Part shown: positions 38,256 to 48,177 of the stretch, in pieces
How positions within the stretch are numbered: position 1 is the first letter of the stretch
Layout: each line of letters starts with the position of its first letter
Assembly: GCA_963834425.1 (NCBI GenBank)
Contig: CAWIBR010000008.1
Location: 132,534-196,533, forward strand
Source: an uncultured Actinomycetota bacterium
GTDB taxonomy: Bacteria > Actinomycetota > Actinomycetes > Actinomycetales > CAVURS01
DNA length: 64,000 bases
Reading direction: 5' to 3'
Translations under genes and position numbers: made by a program
Notes under the pieces: model-generated
The model's database searches: none
What the model was told of the DNA's origin: nothing
What the model saw: only the letters and a program-made list of their open reading frames with translations

Positions 38256-38590
38256 GCGGCGTGAGCCCGATCGGCGCCGGCGTCGGCGGCATCGCGCCGG
38301 TCACCGGGGTCACTGGCGTCAGCGGAGTCACCTCGACCGACAGCACGAGCGGGGCGACCGGCGGTTCCGGCGCATCGTTCGCCAACGTCCTCGGCCAGGG
38401 CCTGCAGAGCCTGCAGTCCGCACAGTCGACGGCCGACAACCTTTCGGTCCAGGCCGCCACCGGCACGCTGACCAACGCGCACGACCTGATGATCGCGACG
38501 GCCCAGGCCCAGCTCGCGACCCAGCTCACGGTTGCCTTGCGGGACAAGGCTGTTGACGCCTTCAACGAGATCATGAGGATGCAGCTCTGA
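38252..38590 (+). CDS. fliE: Flagellar hook-basal body complex protein FliE
   Basis: SFANVLGQGLQSLQSAQSTADNLSVQAATGTLTNAHDLMIATAQAQLATQLTVALRDKAVDAFNEIMRMQL. Confidence 0.8.
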   Translation: MSGVSPIGAGVGGIAPVTGVTGVSGVTSTDSTSGATGGSGASFANVLGQGLQSLQSAQSTADNLSVQAATGTLTNAHDLMIATAQAQLATQLTVALRDKAVDAFNEIMRMQL

Positions 38591-40216
38591 TGCCCACGCA
38601 GCTCACGGCGATGCTTCGCCGGACGACGCGCACCGTCTCCGGCTTCACGGTCGGGCAGAAGGTCGTCTCGGTCCTCGTGGTCCTCGGCCTGCTCCTCGGC
38701 GGCCTGGCCTTCACCCGTTGGGCCTCCGCGCCGAGCTACACGCCGCTCTTCAGCAACCTGGCCGGCAGCGACGCCTCGGCCATCGTCGACAAGCTCAACA
38801 CCGACGGCGTGAAGTACCAGCTCACCGACGGCGGCCAGACCATCATGGTGCCGCAGAAGGACGTGTACGCCGAGCGGATCAAGCTCTCGGGCGACGGCCT
38901 GCCCTCGGCCAAGAACACCGGCTACTCACTGCTGGACCAGCAGGGCGTCACCGCCTCGCAGTTCCAGCAGCAGGTCGCCTACCAGCGGGCGATGGAGGGT
39001 GAGCTCGACAACACCATCGAGGCGATCGGCGGCGTCCAGACCGCGATCGTGCACCTGGCCATCCCGCAGCAGGACGTCTTCCTGGACGACTCGCAGAAGC
39101 CGAGCGCCTCGGTGCTGGTCAACACCTCGCAGGGCGCCCAGCTCACCCAGCAGCAGGTGCAGAGCATCGTGCACCTCGTCTCCTCGAGCATCGAGGGGAT
39201 GGACTCCTCGGAGGTCACCGTCGTCGACGGCCAGGGCCACCTGCTCTCGGCAGCGGGCGACGGCACGGACAGCGCGGTCTCGGCCGACCTGGCCAGCAAC
39301 GAGCGCACCAGTGAGACCGACCAGTACGACAGCCAGGTCGAGAGCTCGCTGCAGTCGGTCCTCGACCAGATCGTCGGCCCGGGCCACGCGGTCGCCAAGG
39401 TGACCGCCCAGCTCGACCTCGACGACACCAACACGACGACCGAGACGATGGTCGCGCCGAGCGCCACCGCGCCACCGTTGTCCTACAGCAAGACCAGCGA
39501 GACGCTCGCCAACGGGTCGTCGTCCAGCGCCACCGGCGTTCTCGGGCCGGACAACATCGCCGTACCGACCGGCTCGGCGACCGGGGGCACGCAGCAACAA
39601 CGGCTACGTCAAGACCTCCGAGACCGCCGACAGCCCCTACGGCAAGATCACCGAACAGCGGAAGTCGACGCCGGGCGCCGTGACCAAGCAGTCCGTCGCG
39701 GTCGTCGTCGACTCGGCCGTCAAGGGCGTCAACCTCACCACCCTGCAGCAGGCGCTGACCTCGGCGGCCGGCGTCGACACCACGCGCGGCGACACGATCT
39801 CGGTGACGAGCATGCCGTTCGACACGACCGCGGCCAAGACGGCCAAGCAGCAGCTCGCGGCCGCGGCGTCGGCCAAGACCCGCGACCAGTTCTTCGGGAT
39901 GATCAAGACCGCCGCCATCGCGCTGCTCGTCCTGCTGGTCCTCGGCGTCGCGTTCCTGATGAGCCGCAAGCGCACGACCACCGAGCGCGAGACGCTCGAC
40001 CTCGAGCTGTTCGAGAACGCCCACCGCCTGCCCGCGGCGATCGCGGCCGGGTCCTCGGCGGCGGCCAGCGGGCATGTGCTGCCTGCCGGCCCGGACCTGC
40101 AGGGTGGCACGCCCGAGCTGGTCGAGCGCCGCCACGCCGTGCACGCTCTGGTCGAGCGCCAGCCCGACGAGGTCGCCGAGCTGCTCCGCGGCTGGCTCGC
40201 GGACCGGAGGGGCTGA
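38590..40216 (+). pseudogene. fliF: Flagellar MS-ring protein FliF; single frame break near 39595
   Basis: YTPLFSNLAGSDASAIVDKLNTDGVKYQL.DGGQTIMVPQKDVYAERIKLSGDGLP....GYSLLDQQGVTASQFQQQVAYQRAMEGEL..TIEAIGGVQTAIVHLAIPQQDVF. After the shift: VTKQSVAVVVD...TAAIALLVLLVLGVAFLM. Confidence 0.9.
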
Positions 40217-40218
40217 CC

Positions 40219-41235
40219 ATGCCCTCCACGGACGCCGCGATCACCGGACCGCGCAAGGCGGCCGTGCTGCTGCTGCAGCTCGGCCGCGACGGCGCGGCTC
40301 AGGTGATGAACCGGCTCTCGCCCGGCGAGGTCGAGGAGATCACGACCGAGATCGTCCGGCTGCGCTCGGTCGACACCGAGACGGCCGAGACGGTGCTGAG
40401 CGAGTTCCAAGGCCTGATGACCAACGGGGGAGCGGGTGTCGGCGGGATCGGCGCCGCGCAAAGCATCCTCGAGTCGGCCATGGGCCACGACCACGCCTCG
40501 CAGATCCTCGGCCGGCTGGCCGAGGCGAGCGTCAGCCAGCCGTTCGCGTTCCTGGCCGACGCCGACCCCAAGCTGCTGTTGACCTTCCTGGTCGACGAGC
40601 ACCCGCAGACCATCGCGCTGGTCCTCGCGCACCTGCGCACCGACCAGGCCTCGGCCATCCTGTCCGGCCTCGATGCGCAGACGCAGGTCGCCGTCGCGCA
40701 GCGGATCGGCGCGATGGAGAGCGCGGCTCCCGACCAGGTGCGCCTGGTCGCCGACGTGCTGCGCCGCCGGGCCTCCTCGCTGCTGCAGCCGAGCAGCGCC
40801 AGCGCCCGGGTCGGCGGCGTCCAACCGCTGGTCGACATCATCAACCGGGCCGACCCGGCGACCGAGCGCACCATCCTGGAGAGCCTCGAGCAGCAGGACC
40901 CGGCGCTGGCCGAGGAGATCCGCAAGCGGCTGTTCGTCTTCGACGACATCGTCACGCTCGAGGACAAGGGCGTGCAGCTGGTGCTGCGGCAGGTCGACAA
41001 CGCGGTGCTCGCCGTGGCGCTCAAGGGCGTCTCGACGACCGTCCGCGACAAGGTGCTCGGCAACGTCTCAGAACGCGCTCGCGAGAACCTCGAGGAGGAG
41101 ATCGATCTCCTCGGGCCGCAACGGCTTTCGGCGGTGCAAGAGGCTCAGGCCGCCGTCGTGCAGATCATCCGCACGCTGGAGCAGTCCGGCGAGATCGTCC
41201 TGCGGCGGGGAGGCGACGATGAGCTCGTCGACTGA
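40219..41235 (+). CDS. fliG: Flagellar motor switch protein FliG
   Basis: TGPRKAAVLLLQLGRDGAAQVMNRLSPGEVEEITTEI...IRKRLFVFDDIVTLEDKGVQLVLRQVDNAVLAVALKG....RDKVLGNVSERARENLEEEI. Confidence 0.9.
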   Translation: MPSTDAAITGPRKAAVLLLQLGRDGAAQVMNRLSPGEVEEITTEIVRLRSVDTETAETVLSEFQGLMTNGGAGVGGIGAAQSILESAMGHDHASQILGRLAEASVSQPFAFLADADPKLLLTFLVDEHPQTIALVLAHLRTDQASAILSGLDAQTQVAVAQRIGAMESAAPDQVRLVADVLRRRASSLLQPSSASARVGGVQPLVDIINRADPATERTILESLEQQDPALAEEIRKRLFVFDDIVTLEDKGVQLVLRQVDNAVLAVALKGVSTTVRDKVLGNVSERARENLEEEIDLLGPQRLSAVQEAQAAVVQIIRTLEQSGEIVLRRGGDDELVD

Positions 41236-41893
41236 CGTCGTCAGCGCCTTCCACCCGGCCCGCTTCGGGCTGGCGGTGGAGGCCGACGACGTGCGCGCCG
41301 AGGCGCGAGCCACGGGCTACGCCGCGGGCTGGGCCGAGGGTCGCCGCGCGGCCGCCGAGCAGGCCGCCGCCGAGCTGGCCCGGCTGCGAGCCGAGGACGC
41401 ACGGCTGCGCCAGACCGCCCGCTCGCGGGCCGACGCCGCCATCACCGCGGCCGTGCAGGACTGGAACGACCGCACCACACCCGTGCTCGATGACCTGGCC
41501 GACCTCGTCGTCGACGCCACCCTGGCGCTGGCCGAGGCCGTCGTCGGTCGCGAGCTGGGCGCGGTCGTGGCGCCGGAGCGGGCCCGGCTGGCCCTGCGTC
41601 GCGCGCTGGCCCCACTCGCGCCGGGGGCGCCGATCCGGTTGCGGATGAACCCCGACGACCTGGCGGCTCTGGACGACAGCGAGGGCAGCGACGCCGTCGT
41701 TGGCGCCGATGACGCGCTGATGCCTACGGGCACGGGCGGCGCGCTGGCCGAGATCTTCGAGGGCCGACTGGTCGAGCTCGTCGCCGACGCCGGGTTGCGC
41801 AGCGGCGACGCCATTGCTGAGCAGGACGGCGCGACGGTCGACGCTCGGGTCGCCAGCGCACTGGCCCGGGCCCGGGCGGTGGCCCAGGGATGA
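41219..41893 (+). CDS. fliH: FliH-like flagellar export apparatus protein
   Basis: Position between fliG and fliI. RAEARATGYAAGWAEGRRAAAEQAAAELARL. The C-terminal domain is weakly FliH-like. Confidence 0.6.
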   Translation: MSSSTDVVSAFHPARFGLAVEADDVRAEARATGYAAGWAEGRRAAAEQAAAELARLRAEDARLRQTARSRADAAITAAVQDWNDRTTPVLDDLADLVVDATLALAEAVVGRELGAVVAPERARLALRRALAPLAPGAPIRLRMNPDDLAALDDSEGSDAVVGADDALMPTGTGGALAEIFEGRLVELVADAGLRSGDAIAEQDGATVDARVASALARARAVAQG

Positions 41894-43240
41894 GCTCCGT
41901 CGTCGCGACCCGGCTGCAGGCCGCGGTTCTTGCTGCCCGACCGGTTCCGACCGGTCGGGTGCGGGCCGTGGTCGGGCTGGTCGTGCACGTCGAGGGTTTG
42001 GCCGCCGCGGTCGGGGAGCTCGTGCGGCTGGGCTCAGCCGAGAGCGAGATCCGGTCGGGCAGTGGCGAGCTCGTCGCCGAGGTCGTCTCGGTGTCTGCTG
42101 GTTCGCTGGCCTGCATGCCGCTCGGGCCCCTGCGCGGACTCCGCGTCGGGGACCCGGCTGTCGCCCTGGGCCATGCCTTGCAGGTCCGGGCGGGCCGCGA
42201 CCTGTTGGGCCGCGTGCTCGACGGCCTCGGCCGGCCGATCGACGGCGGCCCGGCGCTGACCGGCAGCCTGGTCGATGTCGATCATGACGCGCCGGGACCG
42301 CTTGCGCGGCAACGGGTTCGTGAGCCGCTCACCCTCGGGCGTCCGAGCCTTGGACTCGCTCGTCGCCGCTGGCCGTGGCCAACGCCTCGGTCTGTTTGCC
42401 GGCTCCGGCGTCGGCAAGTCGACCTTGCTGTCCATGGTCGCCAAGGGCAACTCGGCTCCGGTCACCGTGCTGTCCCTCGTCGGAGAGCGCGGCCGCGAGG
42501 TGCGGGAGTTTCTCGAGGACGACCTCGGCCCCGAGGGCATGGCGCGCGCTGTCGCCGTCGTGGCCACCTCGGACGCGCCTCCGGTCGTGCGACTGCGCAG
42601 CGCCTTCGTCGCGACCCGGATCGCCGAGTGGTTCCGCGACCAGGGCCAGGACGTGCTGCTGCTGATGGACTCGCTGACCCGGGTGGCGATGGCCCAACGC
42701 GAGGTCGGACTGTCGGCCGGCGAGCCCCCGGCCTCGCGGGGTTACCCGCCGTCGACCTTCGCGCTGCTGCCCCGGCTGTTGGAGCGGTCCGGCCCCGGCT
42801 CGACCGCGTCGATCACGGGGATCTACACCGTGCTCGTCGAGGGGGACGACCACAACGAGCCGATCGCCGATGCGGCCCGGTCGATCCTGGACGGGCACGT
42901 CGCGCTGGACCGCCGCCTGGCCACGGCTGGGCATTTCCCGAGCATCGATGTCCTGGAGTCGATCTCGCGGGTCGCTCCTGCGGTCACGACAGCGGAGCAG
43001 CAGGCCGCGGCCCGAGCGTTGCGACGCCTGCTTGCTGCGCATCGCGACGCCAAGGAGCTGATCGAGGTCGGCGCCTACGTCGCCGGAGCCGACCCCGAGG
43101 TCGACGCCGCGCGCGCGCTCTGGCCGGAGATCGAGGCCTTCCTGCAGCAGGATCGCGACGACCGCTCGACCTCAGAGCAGGCCTGGGCCGGCCTGGCCGC
43201 GCTCGTCGGTCGGCTCGAGGCGCTGGGGGTCCTGCGATGA
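41890..43240 (+). pseudogene. fliI: Flagellum-specific ATPase FliI; single frame break near 42335
   Basis: GRVRAVVGLVVHVEGL.....AEVVSV......MPLGPLRGL..G. After the shift: RALDSLVAAGRGQRLGLFAGSGVGKSTLLSMV...VLLLMDSLTRVAMAQREVGLSAGEPPASRGYPPS...ITGIYTVLVEGDDHNEPIADAARSILDGH. Confidence 0.9.
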
Positions 43241-43677
43241 ACGGCCGCACCCTGTCCCGCCTCCTTCGGCTGCGTCAGCTGCAGCACGACGGCGCCAAGG
43301 CGACCCTGGCGAGGGCCAACGACGTCAAGCGATCCGCCGAGAACGACAGCGTCCAGCGGGCCGAGGTGCTCCAGTCGCTGCACCTGCCCGACCGGGCCGA
43401 TGCTGCAACCTTTCTGGCCATGACCGCCTCGCGGCAGTCGGCCGCGATCGCCGTACGCGACAGCGCCGAGCTCGTCCGCCTGGCGACCGCTGGGGCAGAG
43501 GCCGCGACCGCTGATTGGGCTCGGGCGCGGGCCGCGGCGCGCGGACTGGAACGACTCGAGGAGCGCCAGCGCGAGCTGCACGCCCGCGAGCTCCAGGCTC
43601 GCGAGCAGCGCGAGCAGGACGACCGCTCGGCGACCCGGGCCGGCAACGCGGCCCGGCACCCAGGGGAGCGGGCATGA
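43237..43677 (+). CDS. fliJ: FliJ-like flagellar export protein
   Basis: Coiled-coil, Arg/Glu-rich, 146 aa. ATGA overlap with fliI. Assigned by position. Confidence 0.5.
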   Translation: MNGRTLSRLLRLRQLQHDGAKATLARANDVKRSAENDSVQRAEVLQSLHLPDRADAATFLAMTASRQSAAIAVRDSAELVRLATAGAEAATADWARARAAARGLERLEERQRELHARELQAREQREQDDRSATRAGNAARHPGERA

Positions 43678-44831
43678 GCATCGACGTGGTCGAGAGCCGG
43701 ATCGCGACCCTGCAGAGCCAGCTGGCCGCACTCGCGGCCGGCCAGACTCCCTCGGTCGGCGCGGCGCCGGCCGATGCGGCCAGCACCCTCGCCTTCTCGG
43801 ACGTGCTCGACGCCCAGAACGGCGACCTGTCCAGCCTGCTCGACCAGGTCGGCGGCGGGGTCAGCGCGTCCGGCAGCCCCGCCGGCACGGACGGCACGGA
43901 CAGCGCTGCGCTCAGCGCTCTGGGTGGCGGCACCGACTCGCTGAGCTCGTTGCTGGGCGGCGCTTCGGCGACCTCCGGGACCGACCTGCCCGGGACCGAC
44001 CGGTCGGGGACGTCCGGCCCGACGGGCACCGACGTCGTCTCGGACGCCGAGCGCTACCTCGGCGTGCCCTACCAGTGGGGCGGCACCAACCCGGCGACCG
44101 GGCTGGACTGCTCCGGGTTGGTCCAGCGAGTGATGAAGGACCTCGGCGTCTCGATGCCCCGGACCGTGGCCCAGCAGCGCAATGTCGGCCAGCCCGTCGA
44201 CTCCCTCAAGGACGCCAAGCCGGGCGACCTGCTGGTCTTCGGCTCGCACCACATCGGCATCTACGTTGGCGGCGGCAAGATGCTGCACGCGCCGCACACC
44301 GGCGACCACGTGCGGATCTCCGACGTCTACGAGACGCCGACCCGGATCCGCCGGGTGCTGCCCAGTGGCAGCTCCACCGGGGCCACGGCCGTCAATGCGC
44401 TGGATAGCCTGCGCCCGGCGGCGTTGCGGCAGAGCACATCCACCGGGTCCAGCGGATCGGGCCACCAGTTCGACGCGCTCTTCGCGAGTGCGACCCAGAA
44501 GTACGACCTGCCCTCCGGCCTGCTGCGCGCGGTGGCCTCCGTCGAGTCGAGCTTCAACCCCAACGCCGTCAGCCCGGCGGGAGCGCAGGGCCTGATGCAG
44601 CTCATGCCCGGCACCGCCCGCGGCCTCGGCGTCAACGCGATGAACCCGACCCAGGCCGTCGATGGCGCCGGCCGGATGCTCTCCGGGCTGATCCACGAGT
44701 TCGGCTCGGTGAAGCTCGCCATCGCGGCGTACAACGCGGGACCCGGAGCGGTGAAGAAGTACGGCGGGGTGCCGCCGTACGCCGAGACCCAGAGCTATGT
44801 CCGCAAGGTCACGTCCCGGATGGAGAGCTGA
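43674..44831 (+). CDS. Bifunctional peptidoglycan hydrolase: NlpC/P60 endopeptidase plus SLT lytic transglycosylase domains
   Basis: P60: YLGVPYQWGGTNPATGLDCSGLVQRVM...GDLLVFGSHHIGIYVGGGKMLHAPHTGDHV. SLT: LLRAVASVESSFNPNAVSPAGAQGLMQLMPGTA...AIAAYNAGPGAVKKY. Confidence 0.8.
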   Translation: MSIDVVESRIATLQSQLAALAAGQTPSVGAAPADAASTLAFSDVLDAQNGDLSSLLDQVGGGVSASGSPAGTDGTDSAALSALGGGTDSLSSLLGGASATSGTDLPGTDRSGTSGPTGTDVVSDAERYLGVPYQWGGTNPATGLDCSGLVQRVMKDLGVSMPRTVAQQRNVGQPVDSLKDAKPGDLLVFGSHHIGIYVGGGKMLHAPHTGDHVRISDVYETPTRIRRVLPSGSSTGATAVNALDSLRPAALRQSTSTGSSGSGHQFDALFASATQKYDLPSGLLRAVASVESSFNPNAVSPAGAQGLMQLMPGTARGLGVNAMNPTQAVDGAGRMLSGLIHEFGSVKLAIAAYNAGPGAVKKYGGVPPYAETQSYVRKVTSRMES

Positions 44832-46270
44832 TGAGCCAGGCCGTCACGATGGAGCCGAGCAGCACCAACCGGGCGAATGCCGCCACGCCGCAGGCGCCTT
44901 CGGTCCACAGCAGCGACAGCGGTTCGGGCGAGGAGTTCGCCGCCCAGCTCCGGCAGGCGGACTCGGCGACCGAGCGGTCGACGACGGCGCGTAGCGAGCG
45001 GCGAAGCTCGGCGGCTCGGCCGATCCACGCCAAGACCGCGCGGCGGCCGAACGACAGCCGGCCCGGTGACGGCCCGACCGCGTCCGCCGACAACCAGGCG
45101 TCTGCACCAGCCACCGACCGGACCGGATCCGCCGCTGGCTCGCCAGGCACGGCCGACGGGAGCGTCCAGCCGCTCGTCGCTGACGCCTCCGGCGACGCGA
45201 CCACGGGAGCCGTCAGCGGTGCGACCGACCCGACAACCGACGCGACCCGACCGACAGCGACCGACCCGACAGCGACCGACCCGACCAATGGCGACCCGAC
45301 CGGCGGCCCGATCGTCGCGGCATCGGCGGCCTCCTCGCCTGGTCCCCAGGCAGGCTCGGCGGCCGTCACCGGCGCGCCGGACCCGGCCACCGCCATGATC
45401 GCGGGCGCGATCGATCAGTCCCGGCCGCCGGGGACCACGGGTCGCGGCTCCGTCCTGGGCGAGATGCACGGTGCGCCACTGGACGGTCGTCCGGGTGCGC
45501 ACCGGGCCGGGGTCGCACGGCCAGGCCTACCCAAGGGCGCGGGGGCGGCGGAGAACTACCCCGTGATCAGCGCCGACGCGCCAGCACGGATCGATCCCGG
45601 CGCCGTCAGCGGCGCGAGCACCGATCTGGCGTCCGCGCTCGCCGCCGCCGTCAACGCTGAGAACGGGGCCGGTCGTGCGGCTTCCGTGTCCGACCCGGCC
45701 GGCCAGAGTGCCGGCGTACCAACGGTTTCGGTCGTCTCAACCGTCGCAGCGGCAGCGCCGGTCGCCGGCTCGACCGCTCTTGGGGCGAGCGACGGGACGT
45801 CCGCCCAGCCCGGTGTGGCCGGTCAGCTGGCCGCCAGCCTGCAGTCCCTGCGCGGACGCGAGGACGGCGTGCACGTCCTCACGGTGCGGCTGCACCCGGA
45901 CGAGCTCGGCCCGGTGCGGGTGGTCGCGCGAATGACCGGAAACGACGTGCAGCTGCGCGTCACCACCAGCACGGTAGCTGCGGCAGCCGCGGTGACCGAA
46001 GCCGGCCCGCGCCTGCATGACGCGCTGGCCGGCGCGGGTCTGAGCGCGACCGGAGTCAGCGTCGACCACGACGCCGGCCTGGCCCAGCAGTTCGGGCAGG
46101 GCGCAGGCGCATCCGACCCGCGAGCCGGCGCGCACCACAACCCGGGCCACCCGGGCCACCCGGGCCACCACGGCGACCGGATCCGCTGTCCCGCAAGCCG
46201 ATCAGGGGATCGGTGTCGCCGCGAGCATCCCCATCCGGGCCCCCCGACATCCGGAGGCCCGATCACTTGA
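44831..46270 (+). CDS. fliK: Flagellar hook-length control protein FliK-like (low-complexity N-terminal two-thirds; the C-terminal tail may be frame-affected)
   Basis: Position before flgD. The C-terminal block HVLTVRLHPDELGPVRVVARMTGNDVQLRVTTSTVAAAAAVTEAGPRLHDALAGAGL is FliK/Flg_hook-like. Internal 15-bp (45221-45300) and 9-bp (46141-46167) repeats. Confidence 0.65.
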   Translation: MSQAVTMEPSSTNRANAATPQAPSVHSSDSGSGEEFAAQLRQADSATERSTTARSERRSSAARPIHAKTARRPNDSRPGDGPTASADNQASAPATDRTGSAAGSPGTADGSVQPLVADASGDATTGAVSGATDPTTDATRPTATDPTATDPTNGDPTGGPIVAASAASSPGPQAGSAAVTGAPDPATAMIAGAIDQSRPPGTTGRGSVLGEMHGAPLDGRPGAHRAGVARPGLPKGAGAAENYPVISADAPARIDPGAVSGASTDLASALAAAVNAENGAGRAASVSDPAGQSAGVPTVSVVSTVAAAAPVAGSTALGASDGTSAQPGVAGQLAASLQSLRGREDGVHVLTVRLHPDELGPVRVVARMTGNDVQLRVTTSTVAAAAAVTEAGPRLHDALAGAGLSATGVSVDHDAGLAQQFGQGAGASDPRAGAHHNPGHPGHPGHHGDRIRCPASRSGDRCRREHPHPGPPTSGGPIT

Positions 46271-46337
46271 TCTGCACGTCTGAACCCCGACCCCGACGCA
46301 CCCTCACCAGCCAGCCCGTAGACAGAAGGAGACCCGG

Positions 46338-46829
46338 ATGAGTTCCTCGATCCCGGAGGGCTACACGCCCATCTCGAGCCTGCCGCTCATCGGCGGCACG
46401 AGCACGACGACCACCAGCTCGGTCCAGACCGGCAGCGCGTCCGGCGCGGCCCCCTCGAACGGTTCGAACCTCGACGAGAACGACTTCCTCAACCTGCTGG
46501 TCGCTCAGCTGAAGTACCAGGACCCGAGCCAGCCGGTCGACAGCTCTCAGTTCATGTCGCAGACCGCCCAGTTCACCCAGGTCCAGCAGATGGACGAGAT
46601 GACCAAGGCCACCGAGTCGGTCCTCTCGCTGCAGCAGGGCCTGGCGGCGAGCGCGCTCGTCGGCAAGACCGTGCAGTACACGCTCGCCGACGGCACGACC
46701 GGCTCCGGGACCGCCGTGTCGGCCAGCTTCGGCGTCGCGTCCAACGCCGAGCCGACCATCCGGGTCGGCACGCAGGACATCCCGCTCTCCAGCATCACCA
46801 CTGTCGGCGAGCCCCGCACCACCCCCTGA
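46338..46829 (+). CDS. flgD: Flagellar hook capping protein FlgD
   Basis: NLDENDFLNLLVAQLKYQDPSQPVDSSQFMSQTAQFTQVQQM. GAAGGAG lies before the ATG. Confidence 0.85.
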   Translation: MSSSIPEGYTPISSLPLIGGTSTTTTSSVQTGSASGAAPSNGSNLDENDFLNLLVAQLKYQDPSQPVDSSQFMSQTAQFTQVQQMDEMTKATESVLSLQQGLAASALVGKTVQYTLADGTTGSGTAVSASFGVASNAEPTIRVGTQDIPLSSITTVGEPRTTP

Positions 46830-46890
46830 AACCAACCCTTGCCACCACCCATTTCCTGAACCAGCACCACTCAGCAGAAAGAAGTCAGCC

Positions 46891-48075
46891 ATGCTTCGGT
46901 CTTTGTTCTCCAGCATCAGCGGCATGCGTGCCAACCAGACGATGATGGACGTCGTCGGCAACAACATCGCCAACGTCAACACGATCGGCTACAAGTCCTC
47001 GTCCGCGATGTTCGAGGACACCCTCAGCCAGATGCTCCAGGGTGCCTCGGCGCCGTCGTCCACCGCAGGTGGCAGCAACCCGGCCCAGATCGGCCTGGGC
47101 GTCCGGTTGGCCGCCATCACGACCAGCTTCACCCAGGGCGCCGCCGAGTCCACCGGCCGGTCGACCGACCTGATGCTCCAGGGCGACGGCTTCTTCATCA
47201 TGCAAGAGGGCGGCCAGCAGGTGTACACCCGCAACGGCTCCTTCGGCTTCGACGCCAGCGGCAACCTGGTCAACGCCGACGGCGGCCTGGTCCAGGGCTG
47301 GCCGGCGATCAACGGCAACGTCGACACCAAGGGGCCGTTGAGCAAGATCAACCTGCCGCTGGGTACGACGGTGCCCCCGGTCGACACGACGACGGCCAGC
47401 TTCACCGGCAACCTGCCCTCTGACGTCGCCGACGGTTCGGTCCGGACGGCCAAGCTCGACGTCTACGACGCTCAGGGCAACGCGCGCTCGCTCACCGCGT
47501 CGTACACCAAGGTCGATGCGACGCACTGGAACGTCTCGCTCGACGACGGCGTGAACGCGCCGGTCACCGGGACGTTGGACTTCGGCGGCACGCCGACCGG
47601 CACCCAGGCCGCCGCCCTGACGCTGAACGACGGCGGCGTCGCGGTGAACCTCGGCAACGTCACCGGCTACGCGACGATGGACACCATCGCTGCCGACACC
47701 CAGAACGGCCAGGCGGCCGGCACGTTGCAGGCGTTCGCGATCGGCCAGGACGGCTCGCTGTCCGGCGTCTTCTCCAACGGGGTCAAGGAGGTCCTGGCCC
47801 AGGTCGCGGTCGCGACCTTCAACAACCCGGACGGCCTGACCAAGAACGGCGACAGCACCTACGGCGCGACGATCAACTCCGGCCTGGCCCAGATCGGCAC
47901 GGCCGGCACCGGCTCGCGCGGCCTGATGTCCTCGGGCGTCCTGGAGATGTCCAACGTCGACCTGGCCCAGGAGTTCAGCAACCTGATCATCGCCCAGCGC
48001 GGCTTCCAGGCGAACTCCCGCGTCATCACGGCCAGCGACGAGATCCTGCAAGACCTGGTGAACATGAAGCAGTAG
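46891..48075 (+). CDS. flgE: Flagellar hook protein FlgE
   Basis: MLRSLFSSISGMRANQTMMDVVGNNIANVNTIGYK...LEMSNVDLAQEFSNLIIAQRGFQANSRVITASDEILQDLVNMK. Confidence 0.9.
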   Translation: MLRSLFSSISGMRANQTMMDVVGNNIANVNTIGYKSSSAMFEDTLSQMLQGASAPSSTAGGSNPAQIGLGVRLAAITTSFTQGAAESTGRSTDLMLQGDGFFIMQEGGQQVYTRNGSFGFDASGNLVNADGGLVQGWPAINGNVDTKGPLSKINLPLGTTVPPVDTTTASFTGNLPSDVADGSVRTAKLDVYDAQGNARSLTASYTKVDATHWNVSLDDGVNAPVTGTLDFGGTPTGTQAAALTLNDGGVAVNLGNVTGYATMDTIAADTQNGQAAGTLQAFAIGQDGSLSGVFSNGVKEVLAQVAVATFNNPDGLTKNGDSTYGATINSGLAQIGTAGTGSRGLMSSGVLEMSNVDLAQEFSNLIIAQRGFQANSRVITASDEILQDLVNMKQ

Positions 48076-48128
48076 TAACAGCGCTCGTACGACGCCGGGA
48101 TCCCGCGGCGTACGGCGTGTGGTCCCGG

Positions 48129-48160
48129 ACGGGGCACCTGGCTGCGGCCGGGTGCCCCGT
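48129..48160 (+). terminator. 10-bp-stem hairpin after flgE
   Basis: ACGGGGCACC tggctgcggccg GGTGCCCCGT, followed by TCGTGTGT. Confidence 0.55.
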
Positions 48161-48177
48161 TCGTGTGTCCTCCGCGG

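Noticed and set aside
38590-41235. A single 881-aa ORF that looks like a FliF-FliG fusion
   Set aside because: Only the first 335 or so codons and the last 338 are real protein sequence. The middle is out-of-frame read-through created by the fliF frame break near 39595. The true fliF C-terminus (39680-40216 frame) ends at a TGA at 40214-40216, and fliG has its own ATG at 40219.
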